This document shows, one piece after another, positions 1 through 13,918 of a stretch of DNA of 64,000 nucleotides (position 1 is its first letter; every line of letters starts with the position of its first letter). Source of the DNA: Octopus vulgaris (taxonomy: Eukaryota); NCBI GenBank assembly GCA_951406725.2, contig OX597839.1, forward strand, positions 31,682,001 through 31,746,000, in the 5' to 3' direction. The notes beneath the pieces are model-generated. The model ran no database searches. It saw only the letters and a list, made by a program, of their open reading frames with translations, and had not been told where the DNA came from. The translations under genes were made by a program, and so were the position numbers.

Positions 1-79
1 TACTATGAGTTTCTTTGCCCTAGGAGTCGGGAAGACACTCGGCAAGAAATGGAAGCAAATTTGAAAGAAGAAAAAAAAA

Positions 80-131
<52 letters not shown>

Positions 132-133
132 TG

Positions 134-170
<37 letters not shown>

Positions 171-1170
171 TGATGATTATGATGATGATGATGAAAACTG
201 GTCATAGTTTTAGTTAAGAATAACAGAAAATGATTTCTAAATTTAATTTTCGATGAGATGTAATTTTTCTTATCTGCCAATTGCTAACCAATGAGATGGA
301 AGAGAATTATCATAAAACCATTCTCCTCCTCAGCTAAAAGCTCTAACCCTTTGCCTGTCTGTAGCCAAAACAAAACTGCTCACTCTGTGCTATTTACAAG
401 CAGAATGACCTTCTTTCAGGAACACTAGCAACATCAAAAATCAAGAAAACGAAATGTATTGATTTAAGCCAAGACAAAAACTATTTCTGTTTTATTTTAT
501 GAATTTTAATATCAACATTGTTCATGTCTGCTCTCCTAGTTTCTCTGCTGTTAACTTTTTTATTTTTTATATTTGGTGTGTGTGTGTGTGTGTCTGTGTG
601 TGTGATTCTAGATATACATCTCTGTAGAGAACGAGGTATATGCCAGTGTTTATGTGTGTGTGTGCATATTTGTTATCGATGTCTCGCAGCTATATGTCCT
701 TTTTAAACATTTATCCAGTCGCACTAGTACTCCTTAGTTTCCATGGAGATCTCTCCTTTTCTAACCTCACTCCAGGTAAAGAGTGCTTTGGTAGGGAGTA
801 AATACAAAAAAAAAAAATATATATTTTTTTTAATGTATTTATTCATAAGTGAAGCAACTTTAAATAGCTTAAATACTGAACAACTATAGGGTACCTCAGC
901 CTCCTAGAAACAGCAGTTATTTCCCCCTTAAATCCTACCTTACTGGTTAAAAAAAATACTTTTTAAATTAAGAAAGAAAAAAGCAGGATAGTCATGGCAG
1001 GAACATCTTTGATCATATGTCTACTCAATCAATACTGACCCGAGGTTAAACAACCACAACAGTAAATCCTAAACTTGTTTATGATAAAAGCAATTAACCC
1101 CAAAATGTATATATGGCATCTGGAAATCAAACAAGAAATGGTCTGTGTAAAGTATTAAAACATAAATGTG

Positions 1171-1229
<59 letters not shown>

Positions 1230-1558
1230 TAGACAACCACATATTGAATGAAGTTGGCTTATCACACCTGAACTTCAACATAAAGAACTGACTTCACTGT
1301 TTTCGAAATTATTGGCTCTGATAATAAACTTCTGCTTTGGCTTGTGGACAAATGACTTTATCTACTTCTGTACACACACACACACACACACACTTAAGTA
1401 CATTTGTACATATATAAATGCATATTTGCATATACACATGCATATATATGTGTATGCATATGTACATATATACATGCATACATATATGTATACATCAATA
1501 TATATATATATATACATGCATATACACACATATATATATACATATACATGCATATACA

Positions 1559-1600
<42 letters not shown>

Positions 1601-2052
1601 CATGTATATACACTCATATAAACACACATACACACAGTCACACATACACTCGTCAGTAGATTCTACTAACATGGTATTTCATACATACTTTACGACACGA
1701 GTATCAAGGTTTGGTTTAGGGGTTTAATCAATCAAGCAGGTACTTTTACTCTGTTCTAGAATTCTCTTCATCTCCTCAAGTAAAGTTAAAGATATATCAG
1801 AAATAAAAATGAAACCAAACTTTTTGTTTTTCTGATCAAGAATCTAATACCGAGCTAACAAATAAGTTGTTCGCAGAAAACTCAGTGAATAAGAACAAAT
1901 TGGAATAAATGGTATTGTATTGATTTTTTTTTTTCTTGGAGAGTGACAAACAACATTTTGTCTAGATTGAGTTTTAAAAACGTTTCTATTTCAAATTTAG
2001 TTTTGATCTACAAAAGTACTGATGTGTTGGTATCATCTAATTTAACAATTAC

Positions 2053-2089
<37 letters not shown>

Positions 2090-2712
2090 TATATATATAT
2101 AGATATATATATATAGATATAGATATATATATCAATTCTTTCTTCATTCTAAAAACATTTCCGTCATTATGAAGTGTTAATGGGGAAAGCTATTGACAAA
2201 ACTGATGCAGAGTTAGTTATGGCCTCGAAGTATAAGCTCTGACAATAATTAAAATGCTACTTCTGCCTGCAAAACAAATTCACTTTAACTAACCATTTGT
2301 TTTCTAAACTGAAAATAACTTGCTATTTTTACTGTGTACAGCAGCTATTTAGTTACCATATTAGATTTAAGGGACACAGCTACAAACTATAAATATTTCA
2401 TCACTACCTACATTCACCTTGCTCCTAATCATCAATCAACACTTCGTTTACTTGAAAATATATTTAATTAACAATAACTACAATTGGTTAAAATGAAAGT
2501 TGACTGGCTTTTGCTAATTAACTTGTCTTTTAACTGATGGCATATCCTTGTTAATTATAGTTAAGTAAAACATAAAATAAAAATTTTTTTTAAAAAGTAG
2601 CAAGAAAAAAAAGTAAGGAAAACTAGGTTAAGTAATAGTAGTAATAGGTGCCTCAATAAAGTCATTCTGCTAGAGATCATAGCTAAATCTTCCTCAAGTC
2701 ATGCCCATAGAT

Positions 2713-2872
2713 TAGTGGTTCTCAGGGACAGATCCAAAACCTGGAGTTTTTTAGAAGCTGCACCAAAAAAAAAAAAAATGTAAAGTACAAGTCAGTTAAA
2801 AAAAATAATATTTATGAAAAAAGACCACTAAGGGCTGCGTGTGGCTCTAGGAGCTGCAGTTGAGAACCACTG
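2713..2872. mobile_element. hAT (Charlie/Buster-like) MITE
   Basis: TIRs tagtggttctca / tgagaaccactg. Perfect 8-bp TSD ccatagat at 2705-2712 and 2873-2880, with the central TA typical of Buster/Charlie hAT elements. Confidence 0.9.
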
Positions 2873-4357
2873 CCATAGATAGAATCTTCATAGTTGTAAA
2901 CTTTAGTAATTAGGAAATATATTGGTAAGAAAGGAATGTTGTGGTTAGACCAAATCCTAAGATATTTAAACTTATAAACACCAATGTAACATAAGTCTCA
3001 ACAAGATTTGAACTCAGAAATATGAAACATCAAATTGTGTTAAATGATCCACTTTAATTCTATTTTCTTTGTGCATTAAACAAACACACAAGACTAGTTA
3101 ATGTTGAGATGTAATAAAGTGATACAGAAAATGATTTTGTGAGCATCAACAATATGATTACTGTTTTCTGTCAACGAATATCAAAATACCTGCATCAATA
3201 ATGAACCATTCTTGTTGGAAAGTAAAACTACTTCCTCTTTTCTAGGTGAGCTAAATGAGGGAAAAATTGATAAAAAACTTGCTGTTTACAGAGAATTGTA
3301 ACATCTCATTAGAATCTGTATTCTCTTTTTACTTTCAAAACCCAATAAAACTGAAAATGTTTTTCAAATTGAACAGATGAGTGATCAAATATAAACTTTG
3401 AGTGTACAAGTGAATTTTCCTCACATCATATGTACCAGACTCGGCTCAAATTTATTTGCTTAAACAAAATACATTAACTCTTCTTGTCTCAAACAAATTT
3501 GTCAAAAATTGGCGTTCTGTCTACTTCACAAATTCACAGCTTAAAAAACAAACACTCTCTGAGACAATTCATATGTAAATATTGGAATTAATCAAACCAT
3601 AAAAATCATAAGACAGAAGGAAAAAAAAATTGATGGAAAATAAATAAAGAAATAATTAAAAAGATGAAATTAAAATAAATTTTAAAAAAAACAAAAAAGA
3701 AAAATTATGACTTTTCTCTGTGTGAATTAACAATATAAATTACCTAATTTCCATAAGACTACTCTGAAAATATTTTCCAAGATTTCAAATGACTAAAACC
3801 AGGCCATTCTGTAACTACCAGGAAATAATTCAAAACAAGCCAAGCATTTCAAAATGTTTGATGCAGATTTGAAAACTGAAACACACGAGTAAAAGGTGTT
3901 TTATGGAAGACACAACTAATAATTAAACTTGGCCATCCTTAAGATTTGTTGGTTCCTTTATTAATGGTTTCTTGAAATATAATTGATGTAGTAAAGAAAG
4001 ATAGTGTCCTGTCAGGGCTGCCATACAACATACTTCAACAATGATATTATAGAGACTGGTTAAAAGTTAATGATGTGAGCTTGGTGAGAAATCCTAACAA
4101 CAGTTGTGTCGGGTGTTGAGATTAGGACTTAATGCACTAATCTCCTCAAAACAAGCTGATGAAGATGAAAACGTTGAAAAGAATTATAGGAAAATATTCT
4201 GGTGTAAAATAGCGGCCAATGGCAAAGAACGAAAATTACGCTCAAATATTTTTGATAACATCAAATAACTGTGGAGATTATGGAAATGTATATTTTAACA
4301 ATAAATTAGATTTTATTTTCAGATTAAAGCAAAAAGTGCACATGTGATTGCAGATAA

Positions 4358-4401
<44 letters not shown>

Positions 4402-4871
4402 TTATACACAGACTCATATGAACACATATACAGACACATAAACACAGATACATACATTCATACACTTACACACACATACATACATATATAAACACACACA
4501 CACATGTATATATGTATATATACACACATACACACACACATATATATATATATATATACATACAGGAATATATATGAAAGCAAAGACTGGAATATGTGGA
4601 ATATATATATTTATATCAGGCATGTGCTGTCAGTAATTACTCAGGGTAGGCATTTGGTGACATTTATTCAGTAAAATACACAAAAAATAAGTGAAACACA
4701 GCCGTGTGACTGAGTTGAAGGAAGATTTACTTCTGCCTTTATAGGATGTAAAGAAAACATTGTTGTAGGAATGTATACAGCATGTGTACTACAACAGTGC
4801 TATGCATAGTTTAAATACTGAGGTTGAAAGGCAGGGGTGAATTATGCCTACCCAATCTACAAAATAAATAT

Positions 4872-5278
4872 GTCCATTTTCCATGCTGGCATGGGTTAGA
4901 TGGTTTGACATGAACTGGGAAGCCGGAGAGCTGTACAGGGATCCAGTCTGACTTTGGCTTTTATGGCTGGATGCCCTTCCTAATGCCAACCCCTCCAAGA
5001 GCGTAGTGGTTGCATTTTACATGTCACCAGCATGAGTTCCATTTATGTGTCCCTGGCACTGGGGCTGTTATGTGTCAACACCAGCACTGGCTACAACTAC
5101 GTTTTACTTGACTTGGCAAGTATTCACCAAAGCTCATGGTCACTTGTCATCACCTCCACGAAATCCCACGTTTGAAGATCATGCTTCACCACTGCATCCT
5201 ATGTTTTCCTGGGTATGCCTCTTCCACAAGTTGCCTCCACAGATAGAGACTGACATTTTTTTACACAGCTGTCCTCAT
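4872..5278 (-). mobile_element. RTE-clade LINE 3' end (ORF2 C-terminus plus 3' UTR), 5'-truncated
   Basis: Minus strand translates to EDSCVKKCQSLSVEATCGRGIPRKT*DAVVKHDLQT, matching the RTE C-terminal GRGRP(R/K)KTW..VV..D motif. It continues into the 3' UTR (ggcattaggaagggcatccagc...) seen many times in the window. Confidence 0.8.
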
Positions 5279-5355
5279 ATATATATATATATATATAAAA
5301 ACACACACACATATATATATATATATATGCATATATATATATATATATATATATA

Positions 5356-5565
5356 GGTGTGTGTATAAGTGTGTCTTTAGGTCTGTGTTTGTCCTCCACC
5401 ACGACTTGAAAACCAGTGTTGGTGTGTTTACGTTCCCTTAACTTAGTAGTTTGGCAAAAGAGACCAATAGAATAAGTACCAGGCTTTTAGAACAAATAAT
5501 TGCTGGTGTCAATTCATTAAACTAAAATTCTTGAAGGTGATGCCCCAGCATGGCCACAAGTAAAA
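5356..5565 (+). mobile_element. SINE family C, 3' half
   Basis: Matches body and tail of the copies at 15491 and 52151 (aagagaccaatagaataagtacc...ccccagcatggcc). Confidence 0.75.
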
Positions 5566-5574
5566 CAGTAAAAG

Positions 5575-5750
5575 CGGTAAAGTGTTTTGTGCAGTATTTT
5601 GGGGGGTGAGACACAATGGTAGAGGCAAAAGGATGAAGGTATCAGGTGAGCTTGTGGGGGTCACTGGTTTCGGGTGTGAGCAATTTAAAAGAGCCGAGAC
5701 TGTTGCTGTAGCAGGGGAAGGAACAGGGAGAAGAACACAACATGTCTGGT
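5575..5750 (-). mobile_element. Highly decayed CR1-group LINE fragment
   Basis: Minus-strand read SSPCSFPCYSNSLGSFKL...PKYCTKHF loosely parallels the copies at 9980 and 47635. Confidence 0.35.
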
Positions 5751-6365
5751 AAATAGAAAATTATTATTTCAGTACAAAATCTAAGTTGAAGTGAGGAGGA
5801 GGGCAACAATATTTGAAACAAAATATAAAAATACAGAACTGCCAAGTAACTAAAGTTCTCAATTTGCAGACATATCTAAAAAAAAACAAAAAAAAACTTT
5901 AAAATGTACTCCAAAACCTTTTGGAATCAATAAGAAATAATCGTAGATGTGTTATGTTGAAGATAAGCAAATATTTGAGAAAGTTTTTGGGAAATGAAAT
6001 CTTTTTTTTTTATTTCCAGGTAAGCATAGAACAGCAATTACCAATTGAAAATATGAAAAGGAAAAGAGAGAGAGAGAGAGAGAGAAATTTCTCAAACAGT
6101 TCACACTAAAGTAAAATGGGTGTTTATCTAAACATCACGCAATTAATAGTTAAGCACTACTGATGAAAATAATTATCCAATGTGTGTGTGTGTGTATGTG
6201 TGCACGCTAATATCAAGCAGTGAGAATGAGTGCTCAACATCGCATTAGTGGCTAAATATTCTTTATTTGTGATTAACAAAGCTACTGCTGGTTTCATACT
6301 GAGATAAATTTCTCAACAATTATAAAACCTGAAATCAATGGTAGCCTTGTGAACCCACAAATGAA

Positions 6366-6514
<149 letters not shown>

Positions 6515-6802
6515 TGTTTGTTGAAATGGAAAGATGAATTTTCTTGTTACAGATTATTCAAAAGTTTAACCGATACCTGGGTAGCAAAAATCACAGCAGA
6601 AAAAAACACAGACAATTAACACCTTGTTACCCTATTAAAATGAAAAAAATTTTTGGAAATAATTTTTGAAAAAACTTTTTTAAAAAATTCTCTGAATAAC
6701 TCTTGCAAGGGGAAATTACTCCCTTATGCGATTGGTCGGTTTTTTGCTTTTTAGAAGCAAACGCTGGAATTATATACCCTTGTGATTCTTTGACGATGTT
6801 AA

Positions 6803-6934
6803 TTTTTATACAAGCAGGCCACAGACGAACACACGAACACAGAATAATTTTTTCAGCCGCGTGACAGGCCTCTTTCAGCAGTGCTCATTATCTAGTGCCC
6901 CTCGCCAACACACGGGGGCGCACACATAGGCTAG
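6803..6934 (+). mobile_element. Short non-autonomous Helitron-like element
   Basis: GC-rich hairpin gtgcccct(6895-6902)/gggggcgc(6914-6921) ends 9 nt before CTAG (6931-6934), which is followed by T: the canonical Helitron 3' end. The 5' TC is not clear, so the start is approximate. Confidence 0.55.
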
Positions 6935-7241
6935 TATACACATACATGCTTTTAGGTAGGTTTTGTCTCGCCCCTAAGAAATACACCATGTATTCTTTAA
7001 ATATTCAGAACATTAGTTTTGGTCACACAGAACATCTCCACACCCCTTGTTCTCATTAATTCCTCACCTACTAGATTTGACCGCGGCCTGACCTGTAAGT
7101 ATTCCAATGGACCCCACCAACCCCCCGATTTCAACGTACATTGATAAACAGTTTATCCATGGGCTCTTAAGGAGCGTCCTCGTTCGAATTGCTTTGCTGC
7201 GCCTCTGTTTTGTTTTGTTCTGACAACGTAATTCCTGGTTT

Positions 7242-7321
7242 TTCCTGAAGAGAAAGCTGCAATATAGTATCCTTATTTAATCAGAATTTGGAAAATTGTG
7301 GCCTTTGAAACATGTGTAGAA
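7242..7321 (+). ncRNA. Type I hammerhead ribozyme in a ~400-bp non-coding element (~6975-7380)
   Basis: Stem I ttc/gaa; core CTGAAGA 7245-7251; stem II aaag-ctgcaat / attgtgg-c-cttt; GAAAC 7307-7311; short stem III ACA-tg-TGT; cleavage triplet GTA 7316-7318. AATAAA follows at 7325-7330 and the element ends at (TA)n. Confidence 0.8.
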
Positions 7322-7375
7322 TGTAATAAAAGGAATTCTGTACAATCTTCGTTCAACTCCATTTCTTCCATTCAC

Positions 7376-7548
<173 letters not shown>

Positions 7549-7626
7549 CGGTAAATCATAAATCCCAAAAAGGAGCACACTCTAAGCAGTAGAGTATATA
7601 GATAAAGATAGACATGGCTGGTCTAT

Positions 7627-7686
7627 GAGGTTACCCTGGGTTTCACGTTCATAAAGTGCTTAACTTTACAGCATTTCTTCAGACCC
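7627..7686 (-). ncRNA. Type I hammerhead ribozyme in a non-coding element (~7549-7760)
   Basis: Minus strand reads gggt CTGAAGA a atgc-tgtaaagt-taagc-actttatg-aacgt GAAAC ccagg GTA acctc. The core is intact, stem II is long, stem III is ACC/GGT, and stem I gggt/acct extends with ggccta/tagacc. Confidence 0.85.
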
Positions 7687-8513
7687 TAGGCCTATGGCCT
7701 CTCTAGCAAGTGGCTTCTCTAGATAATGTAAATATAAGTATGTAGGCATAGTTAGAGATTTGCTTCCTTTACAAACATTGAAGTAAATTCTTTTCAAAAC
7801 TGAAACCATAGATTTACTTATATATTGTCTGAAGCAAAGTTCTTGAACTTCTAAATTGTTTGACCCCATTACAGACATACAAACCCTTTATTGAACCCTC
7901 TTACCTCTATCTCCCCTACACACCCGGTAGAATAATATGGTAATGTTGGAATTTATTGGAGTCCATTCAAAAGAGAGTTTACAAATGAGTGTATCCATTA
8001 AGAAAATAAAAAATTATCAATGATAACCTATTTAAAGCAATTAAAATTATGAACAGTATTCAAAACTTTAACAACCTATATTTTTCAGCAATAAAATACG
8101 TTGTATGAACATTTCAAATGTTAATATTGTCCATTGTTAGAAATCAAAGACAAATATTTTACTACTTTGCATTACTGGAAAATGAGTAATACTGACAATA
8201 ACATAAAGCAAATTCTAAAAAAGAAAAAAAAGGTATCTCCCTTCTTTTCTAACAAAACCAAATGTTTGTTGAATGGAATATCAGTAGATTGTAATTTGTC
8301 ACTGATACAAATTAATTATTAATTGGTTAAAAAAAAACCACTTTTAAATCTATTCCACAAAACTTCAAGAATGCCAAATAAGCTTAATCTTCCAGTGAAT
8401 TTTCTATTTTTTAAAATTGTTTTTAGACTAACATACCTTTCCCAAATTTCTGATTTAATATCTGAACTATAGGAAGAAAAGAAAAGATACAATTGGATAT
8501 TTTACTCTATTAA

Positions 8514-8807
8514 CCCCTTACCCAGCAGAAACGAATATATGCGTTTTGACCGAAATTGTTTTTTTCTATCTCTGGCGAGTTAACTCGTCAAAAGATAGAC
8601 TTGCCAAAATCGACAGCAAACGAGTTCCTTTGTCTATTATAAACTCTTTTTTGACAAATACGAGTATATTCGCTCACTTTATACGTCTGGCAGTGACGAT
8701 TTCTGCCACCTTTCGCTTGAGTAAGGCATTGAAGACCGAGTATGATTTAGTCACAAAATATGTCTGAAAACATACATTTATTTTCAAAATAATTGTTGGG
8801 TAAGGGG
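8514..8807. mobile_element. piggyBac-like MITE
   Basis: TTAA TSDs at 8510-8513 and 8808-8811. 14-bp TIRs ccccttacccagca / tgttgggtaagggg with 1 mismatch. Confidence 0.88.
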
Positions 8808-8929
8808 TTAAGGCAACAGAGATAAAACAGAACCCTCAAGAGATGAAGAAATAGTTTTTTGAATAAAGAAGCTTAATGAGATGAATAGAGCTGATGTGCA
8901 TTAACGATAGGATGGAGATTTAAGAGAAG

Positions 8930-9330
8930 CTGGCAGGAGTTTGAGTCTGAGCTCACCACATTCAGTGATGTCAAGGTTGTTTGTTAACTTAACAGTGTAT
9001 TTATATGACAGAGTGTAGTTGTGACCATATATGGACTTGGAAAATGCAAGTCTAGAATGTACTAGCAGATTCCCTTAGATTTAGATATTTGGTTGCAGTG
9101 ATTTCATTGATCCAGAAATCAGTAAAACCTTTATATTTGAACAATGCCTTTGCCCGAAGATCCATGTTCACATCAATCAATTCCTCAATATCTACATTGG
9201 TTGTTCCAACAAAGAACGAAGAAAGAAGCCAGCCAGGAATCTTCCTATAATTTTTCAAAGTAACTTCTATAGATGAGGAAGTTGTTATCTGAAATAGTTT
9301 CATCTGATTTTTGTTCCAGTCAAGGAATAT
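8930..9330 (-). pseudogene. Decayed hAT (Buster/ZBED8/FAM200-like) transposase C-terminus
   Basis: ORF 9052-9303 gives IPGWLLSSF...EELIDVNMDLRAKALFKYKGFTDFWINE. Shifted frames continue LAF/PSPYMV...HINTLLS...NNLDITECGELRLKL, matching the hAT C-terminal dimerisation region (FPSSYxVExGFS...RNRL...GDLRL). Contains frameshifts and stops. Confidence 0.8.
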
Positions 9331-9357
9331 TGAAAATTTCTACAACCTCGAATACAC

Positions 9358-9446
<89 letters not shown>

Positions 9447-9779
9447 GTCAATATAAAGTATATAAAATATAAGTACACGCCATTCTCCACTTGAAATTTT
9501 ATTTCAAATATATATATATTTTTCCTGGTAACTCTTTCTGAAGTTCATTCAATTTTAAAATAACAACAAACAAACCAACTTTACACAGCCACAGAATATT
9601 ACCTAGAAATGGATCCACATCATTAACGAAATCCAAAATCAAATCAGAAGATTCCCCTAATTAATTTCTTTTATCTGCCTGTTGAGTCTGGAGGAAGGAG
9701 CAGTGCCCATGGCCTTCACAAGCTTTCCAAGACCGGTGAGGTTGATAAAATTATTGCTTTACCCTTTAGGTCACTCCGG

Positions 9780-9977
9780 CAAACGTAATGCTTATTTATT
9801 CACATTGTTTTGAATTATTTATGCATTACCCCAAAGCTTTAAGATTCTCATTAAGTGATTGTCTATATTTAGAATTACCTTGTTGAGTTGGTATGAAAGG
9901 CCAGATCTAGCTGGTTTGAACATAAATCAGATGGAATATTTGGGCCTGATATGGCTGGTTTAAATGTTAAAGGGTTA
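9780..9977 (-). mobile_element. piggyBac-like MITE (ttaaccctttag family), partial
   Basis: Ends ...aaagggttaa and is the reverse complement of the copy starting at 61836. Confidence 0.7.
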
Positions 9978-9979
9978 AA

Positions 9980-10320
9980 CAGTTGTAGGTCAGCACAAAC
10001 AGGATACACGTGAGTGAGAAGAAGATTCCAGAGGGTTGACTTTGTGGGGAGAAAGGATTGGATTTAAATTGCAGGGCTGAGGAGAGTTGAATGCACCAAG
10101 CGTGATGAGAGATGGAGAAATGAGTGGGCTGCAAGACTGAGGCCAGCTCCGTGGAACAGAGGCCATTATAGTATTGATAGAAAAGAGAGAAGCAGGAGAC
10201 AGCATGTTTGTGGACCAGAGGCTGGAGTGTGTCTGTTGGGGATTGAATATCAATTAGTCAAGTGGTCCTTCTCTGGAAGGGGTCCAAAATGTTTGAGTAC
10301 AGAGTAACAACACCATCCCG
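9980..10320 (-). mobile_element. CR1/Jockey-group LINE ORF2 C-terminal fragment
   Basis: Minus frames give ILDPFQRRTT*LIDIQSPTDTLQPLVHKHAVSCFSLFYQYYNGLCSTELAS...QSFLPTKSTLWNLLLTHVYP..DLQLF, a typical post-RT tail (LQPL.HRR.V.SL.LFY.YY...SFF.RT..LWN.LP). Confidence 0.8.
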
Positions 10321-10605
10321 TAATGTAATTGCAATGAAGCAAGTGTTAACACTGAAACAACTGAAAGTATCTTTCAAGAGAAATATTGAAAAGTAAACAC
10401 CATTAAACAACAAACATCATCATCACAGCATCAACATGTACAAGCCAACAAGGGATCTTCTGTGCGATAACTCAACCTGCTAGAAATAACAACCAAATTT
10501 CCCCTCAAATTACACATTACTGTCCTTAAAACAAATGAAGGTACGCTTTACATAATGTAGTCTTAGGAACACTGTTTGAATTGAAGGCAGCGGTTAGAAT
10601 GGTTT

Positions 10606-10710
10606 TGATCATTGGTCAGCCTTATCATTGGTCAGCCTGATCGTTGGTCAGCCTGATCGTTGGTCAGCCTGATCATTGGTCAGCCTGATCATTGGTCAGC
10701 CTGATCGTTG
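10606..10710. repeat. 16-bp minisatellite (tgatcRttggtcagcc) x ~6.5
   Basis: Direct observation. It lies inside a copy of the dispersed repeat containing ctgctagaaatagcagccaaat. Confidence 0.95.
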
Positions 10711-13428
10711 CAGACCAGCAGCAAAAAAGACAAACAAACGCAAGATCAACTTATACGTGTTTCTTTCTTTCTTTTTTCATTTATTTTCTTGTGCTGACAC
10801 GAGTGACACAAATTAGGACAGATTAGAAATGAGCTGAGCTTCCTGCAAATATGGATGGAAGAACAGACAGATGGATGGCTAAATGGGTGGATAGAGGAAC
10901 AGTAAATGAATAGATGGATAGCTGCATATAAAAAAATATACTCAGGTAACAGTGTTTGTTATTGTTCTTCTCCTTGGCTAAATTTTTAAAGTCATGTTTT
11001 TTTAAACTAGAGGAAGACATTTTTGCCAGGTGTCTCAAGGCTGTAAAAGAAAGGAGGAAAGTACTGATGTTCTCATCCCAGGGACTTGGTTCAAATGTTT
11101 TTTCTTAACAGAGTAGACAATATGAAAGACACATAAGGTTCAAGGGGTGGTGTTAGAGGGAGTGGAAAACAATTACACCCAAGCTGGTGAGTTTCAACAC
11201 AGATTCTGTCAACTTATTTTCACTTACAAGAGTTGAGCCAACCTGAGGCTGTAGTAAAAGACACTTACTTAAGATAACTTGAGCAGGATTGAACTTACAA
11301 CCGTGTGATTACTGAAGTAAATTATTAACTAAGTCTATGTTTTATCTCCTATCATCACTAAGCTCTTTGCCCTCCCAACATATCACATCCAGTTGCGACA
11401 TACATTGAGGTTTTATTAAACCTAAATACAGTGAATAGAAGCTTTGTTACAAGACAGGTTTCCTTACCTGAGAAGTTCTCAGGTCACAGATACAACAATG
11501 TGAACAAATTAGTTTTTTCACCAACATTTTACCTTTTGACAGGAAGTTAAAATGCAACAGACAGATCAATGAAAATGTTTCATGGTATCTGGTTTTATGT
11601 CATAGATTCCTGATTCCAAATATCTCTCAATCATCAATAAATAAACACCAATCACATAATAGCTTTCTTTCCCAGACAAAAGAATATTTTCATTTTCATT
11701 AGTAAAAAATATTTTATTTAAAAAAAAACGAAAAAACTATTTAATTTCAAGAATCAATTTTTATTTTATTTAAAATTCCTTTAATCTTATTCAGAAGGTC
11801 ATCATGTCTACCCAGTGATATCCTTCAAATGGCTAGACTTTCCAGCACCTCCTCTTCCTCCCTATGCCAAACCATTTCATGCCAGAACGGAATGATGGCC
11901 TGTCTGCCTATAAATCATCTATTATATCACCAGGAACCACCTTATGTGCACACATTAAAGACACTTATTATGCACTCTATTCTATTCCAGCGTCGTTAAT
12001 TTGGGAAGAGACCAAATATCACCAAACAGACTAGAATAACAAATGCTGATATTAAAACAGTTTTTAGAGCTATAATAGAGAATGGTCAATGGTATATGAA
12101 AGACATATTGTTAAGGTAACAGTAGAAAGTTTCATCAATATTATTGGCAGAAGGAGGAAAACAGACAGGATTTAGAGCTAAGACACAAAATATGGTTTAA
12201 ACAAGTTTGAAATAGGGAAATCATTCCATCATTCTGTAGATTGTTTTGCTTTCATAGCCATCATTTAATGTCCCCTTTTTCATACATGCAAGGGTCAGGT
12301 GGAGTTTATTTGATGCAAATTTTTTACAGCCAGATACCCTTCCTCTGGCTAATCCTCACCTGAATCCAAGCAAGGTGATTCTACTCCCATGGCCAGACAT
12401 GTTTTCATGGAATATTAGAAACGAACAACACGACACTGCTTAGATGACAGTGACATTCATTTACAACTATCATGCACACACACACATATACACACACGCA
12501 CACACGATGGGCTTCTTTCAGTTTCCATCTGCTAAATCCACTCATAAGGCTTTGGTAGGCTCAGGGCCATAGTAGAAGAGACTTGCCCAAAGTATCACAC
12601 ATTGGAACTGAACCCAGAACCAAGTGGTTGGGAAGTGCACTTCTTACCACATGCCTGGTTAATTATAATTTTCTGTTTGTTATAATTAATTAATTTTGGC
12701 TTCCTTACATCAATTCTAGAATAGTATTTACCGAGAAGTCTAACAAATGGAATACAATATTTCAATAAACCCTGCTGGCCAGGATTAAAAATTCCAGTGA
12801 AAATCAAGGAAGCAAAAAGAATTTGGTTATGCAAGAGATTTTCATTTTGAGTTTTGAAAAATATTTAAAAATTTCAATTTCAATCTTATCTGACATAAAC
12901 TTCAGTTTTTCATTTAAATATGATTTAAAGCTAAAACAGCATATCACCTAATGCTAGCGACAGAACCAAAGAGATATCAATATAACACTCTGATTGGCAC
13001 CTATTTCTTCACGAGATAATCTGAAAAAAAACCAAAAACCCATCAACCTATTATTAAACTCTTTCTCCCTATCCCCAGGCCCCTCCACCACCACCACCAC
13101 CACCACACTCTGCTTTTCCTAACTTACTGCAATAGGTTAAGCTTCTGTAATTCAAACTCATATTCGCCTCATTGAAAAATATGATGCGGCTTTTGTCGAT
13201 CCATTTGCTCCTGTCCTTAATCTTGCTCTAAGTTCTTCTAAACAACAAATTCTATCAAAGCCCTTTAGAAAGAAAAAGAAAAAAAAAAAAAGGAAATCTG
13301 CCCTACCCTGCCCCCACCCACCCATCTATACAGTTAGGAGCTCTAGTTATTAACCAATAGAAATTTGGAGTTAAACCTAGCAACAAGCTTATCCCACTCA
13401 CTTCTATATCAACAACAACAACAACAAC

Positions 13429-13489
<61 letters not shown>

Positions 13490-13906
13490 TTCTTGGAATT
13501 TCACTTAGTCTTGTTAAGACATTGCCTCTCACAAATCTTTGAAAATTCTTTTTTATAAATCTTTAACCATTAACTGTTAAGTGACAAAAAATCATATTAT
13601 TATTATTATTATTATTATTATTGTTATTATTATTATTATTAACAACTTGGTTATTTTTTGTAATAAATTTGAGATATTAAAAGATTTTATTTATGAATAT
13701 TAATTGAAATTTTTACCATGCAAAATGAAAATAAGGAAAAGATTGATAGTTATGGGGGTGGGTGGGGGAAATCAAGTCAAATGCTGGAAATTGCCTTGAA
13801 GAATTAAATCTGAACCGTATTAAAGAGAAAAATATACATTTTTTTTTTTTAAGAAAAAGAAATAGAAAGAGAGATTATAAGAAAATGTGAATAAATAACA
13901 GCTTAC

Positions 13907-13918
13907 CAAGCTAATCAT
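13907..13918 (-). other. Candidate first coding exon end (Met-Ile-Ser-Leu, phase-0 donor)
   Basis: Minus strand ttcaac ATG ATT AGC TTG | GTAAGC has a CAAC-ATG initiation context and a strong donor. It sits in a TE-poor island with tataaaa at ~14173-14179. No homology evidence. Confidence 0.3.

Noticed and set aside
4156-4190. CTGATGA a gatg-aaaa-cgtt GAAA motif, and a possible Tigger/pogo-like peptide nearby
   Set aside because: Stem II is mostly G.U pairs and there is no stem I or III. The peptide similarity (RDWLKVND...DEDENVEK) is too weak to call.
4638-4715. actcag...gaaacac-agcc-gtgt..ctgagt fold
   Set aside because: No CUGANGA strand and the cleavage position would be G.
6838-6886. 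Minus-strand hammerhead-like ctgctga...ggcc/ggct gaaa
   Set aside because: The core is non-canonical, stems I and III pair poorly, and it lies within the Helitron-like unit.
10606-10710. CRISPR-like repeat array
   Set aside because: Head-to-tail units with no spacers, eukaryotic context and no cas genes.
11461-11470. Perfect minus-strand donor CAG|GTAAGG
   Set aside because: No convincing upstream acceptor or open frame; such matches are expected by chance in 64 kb.
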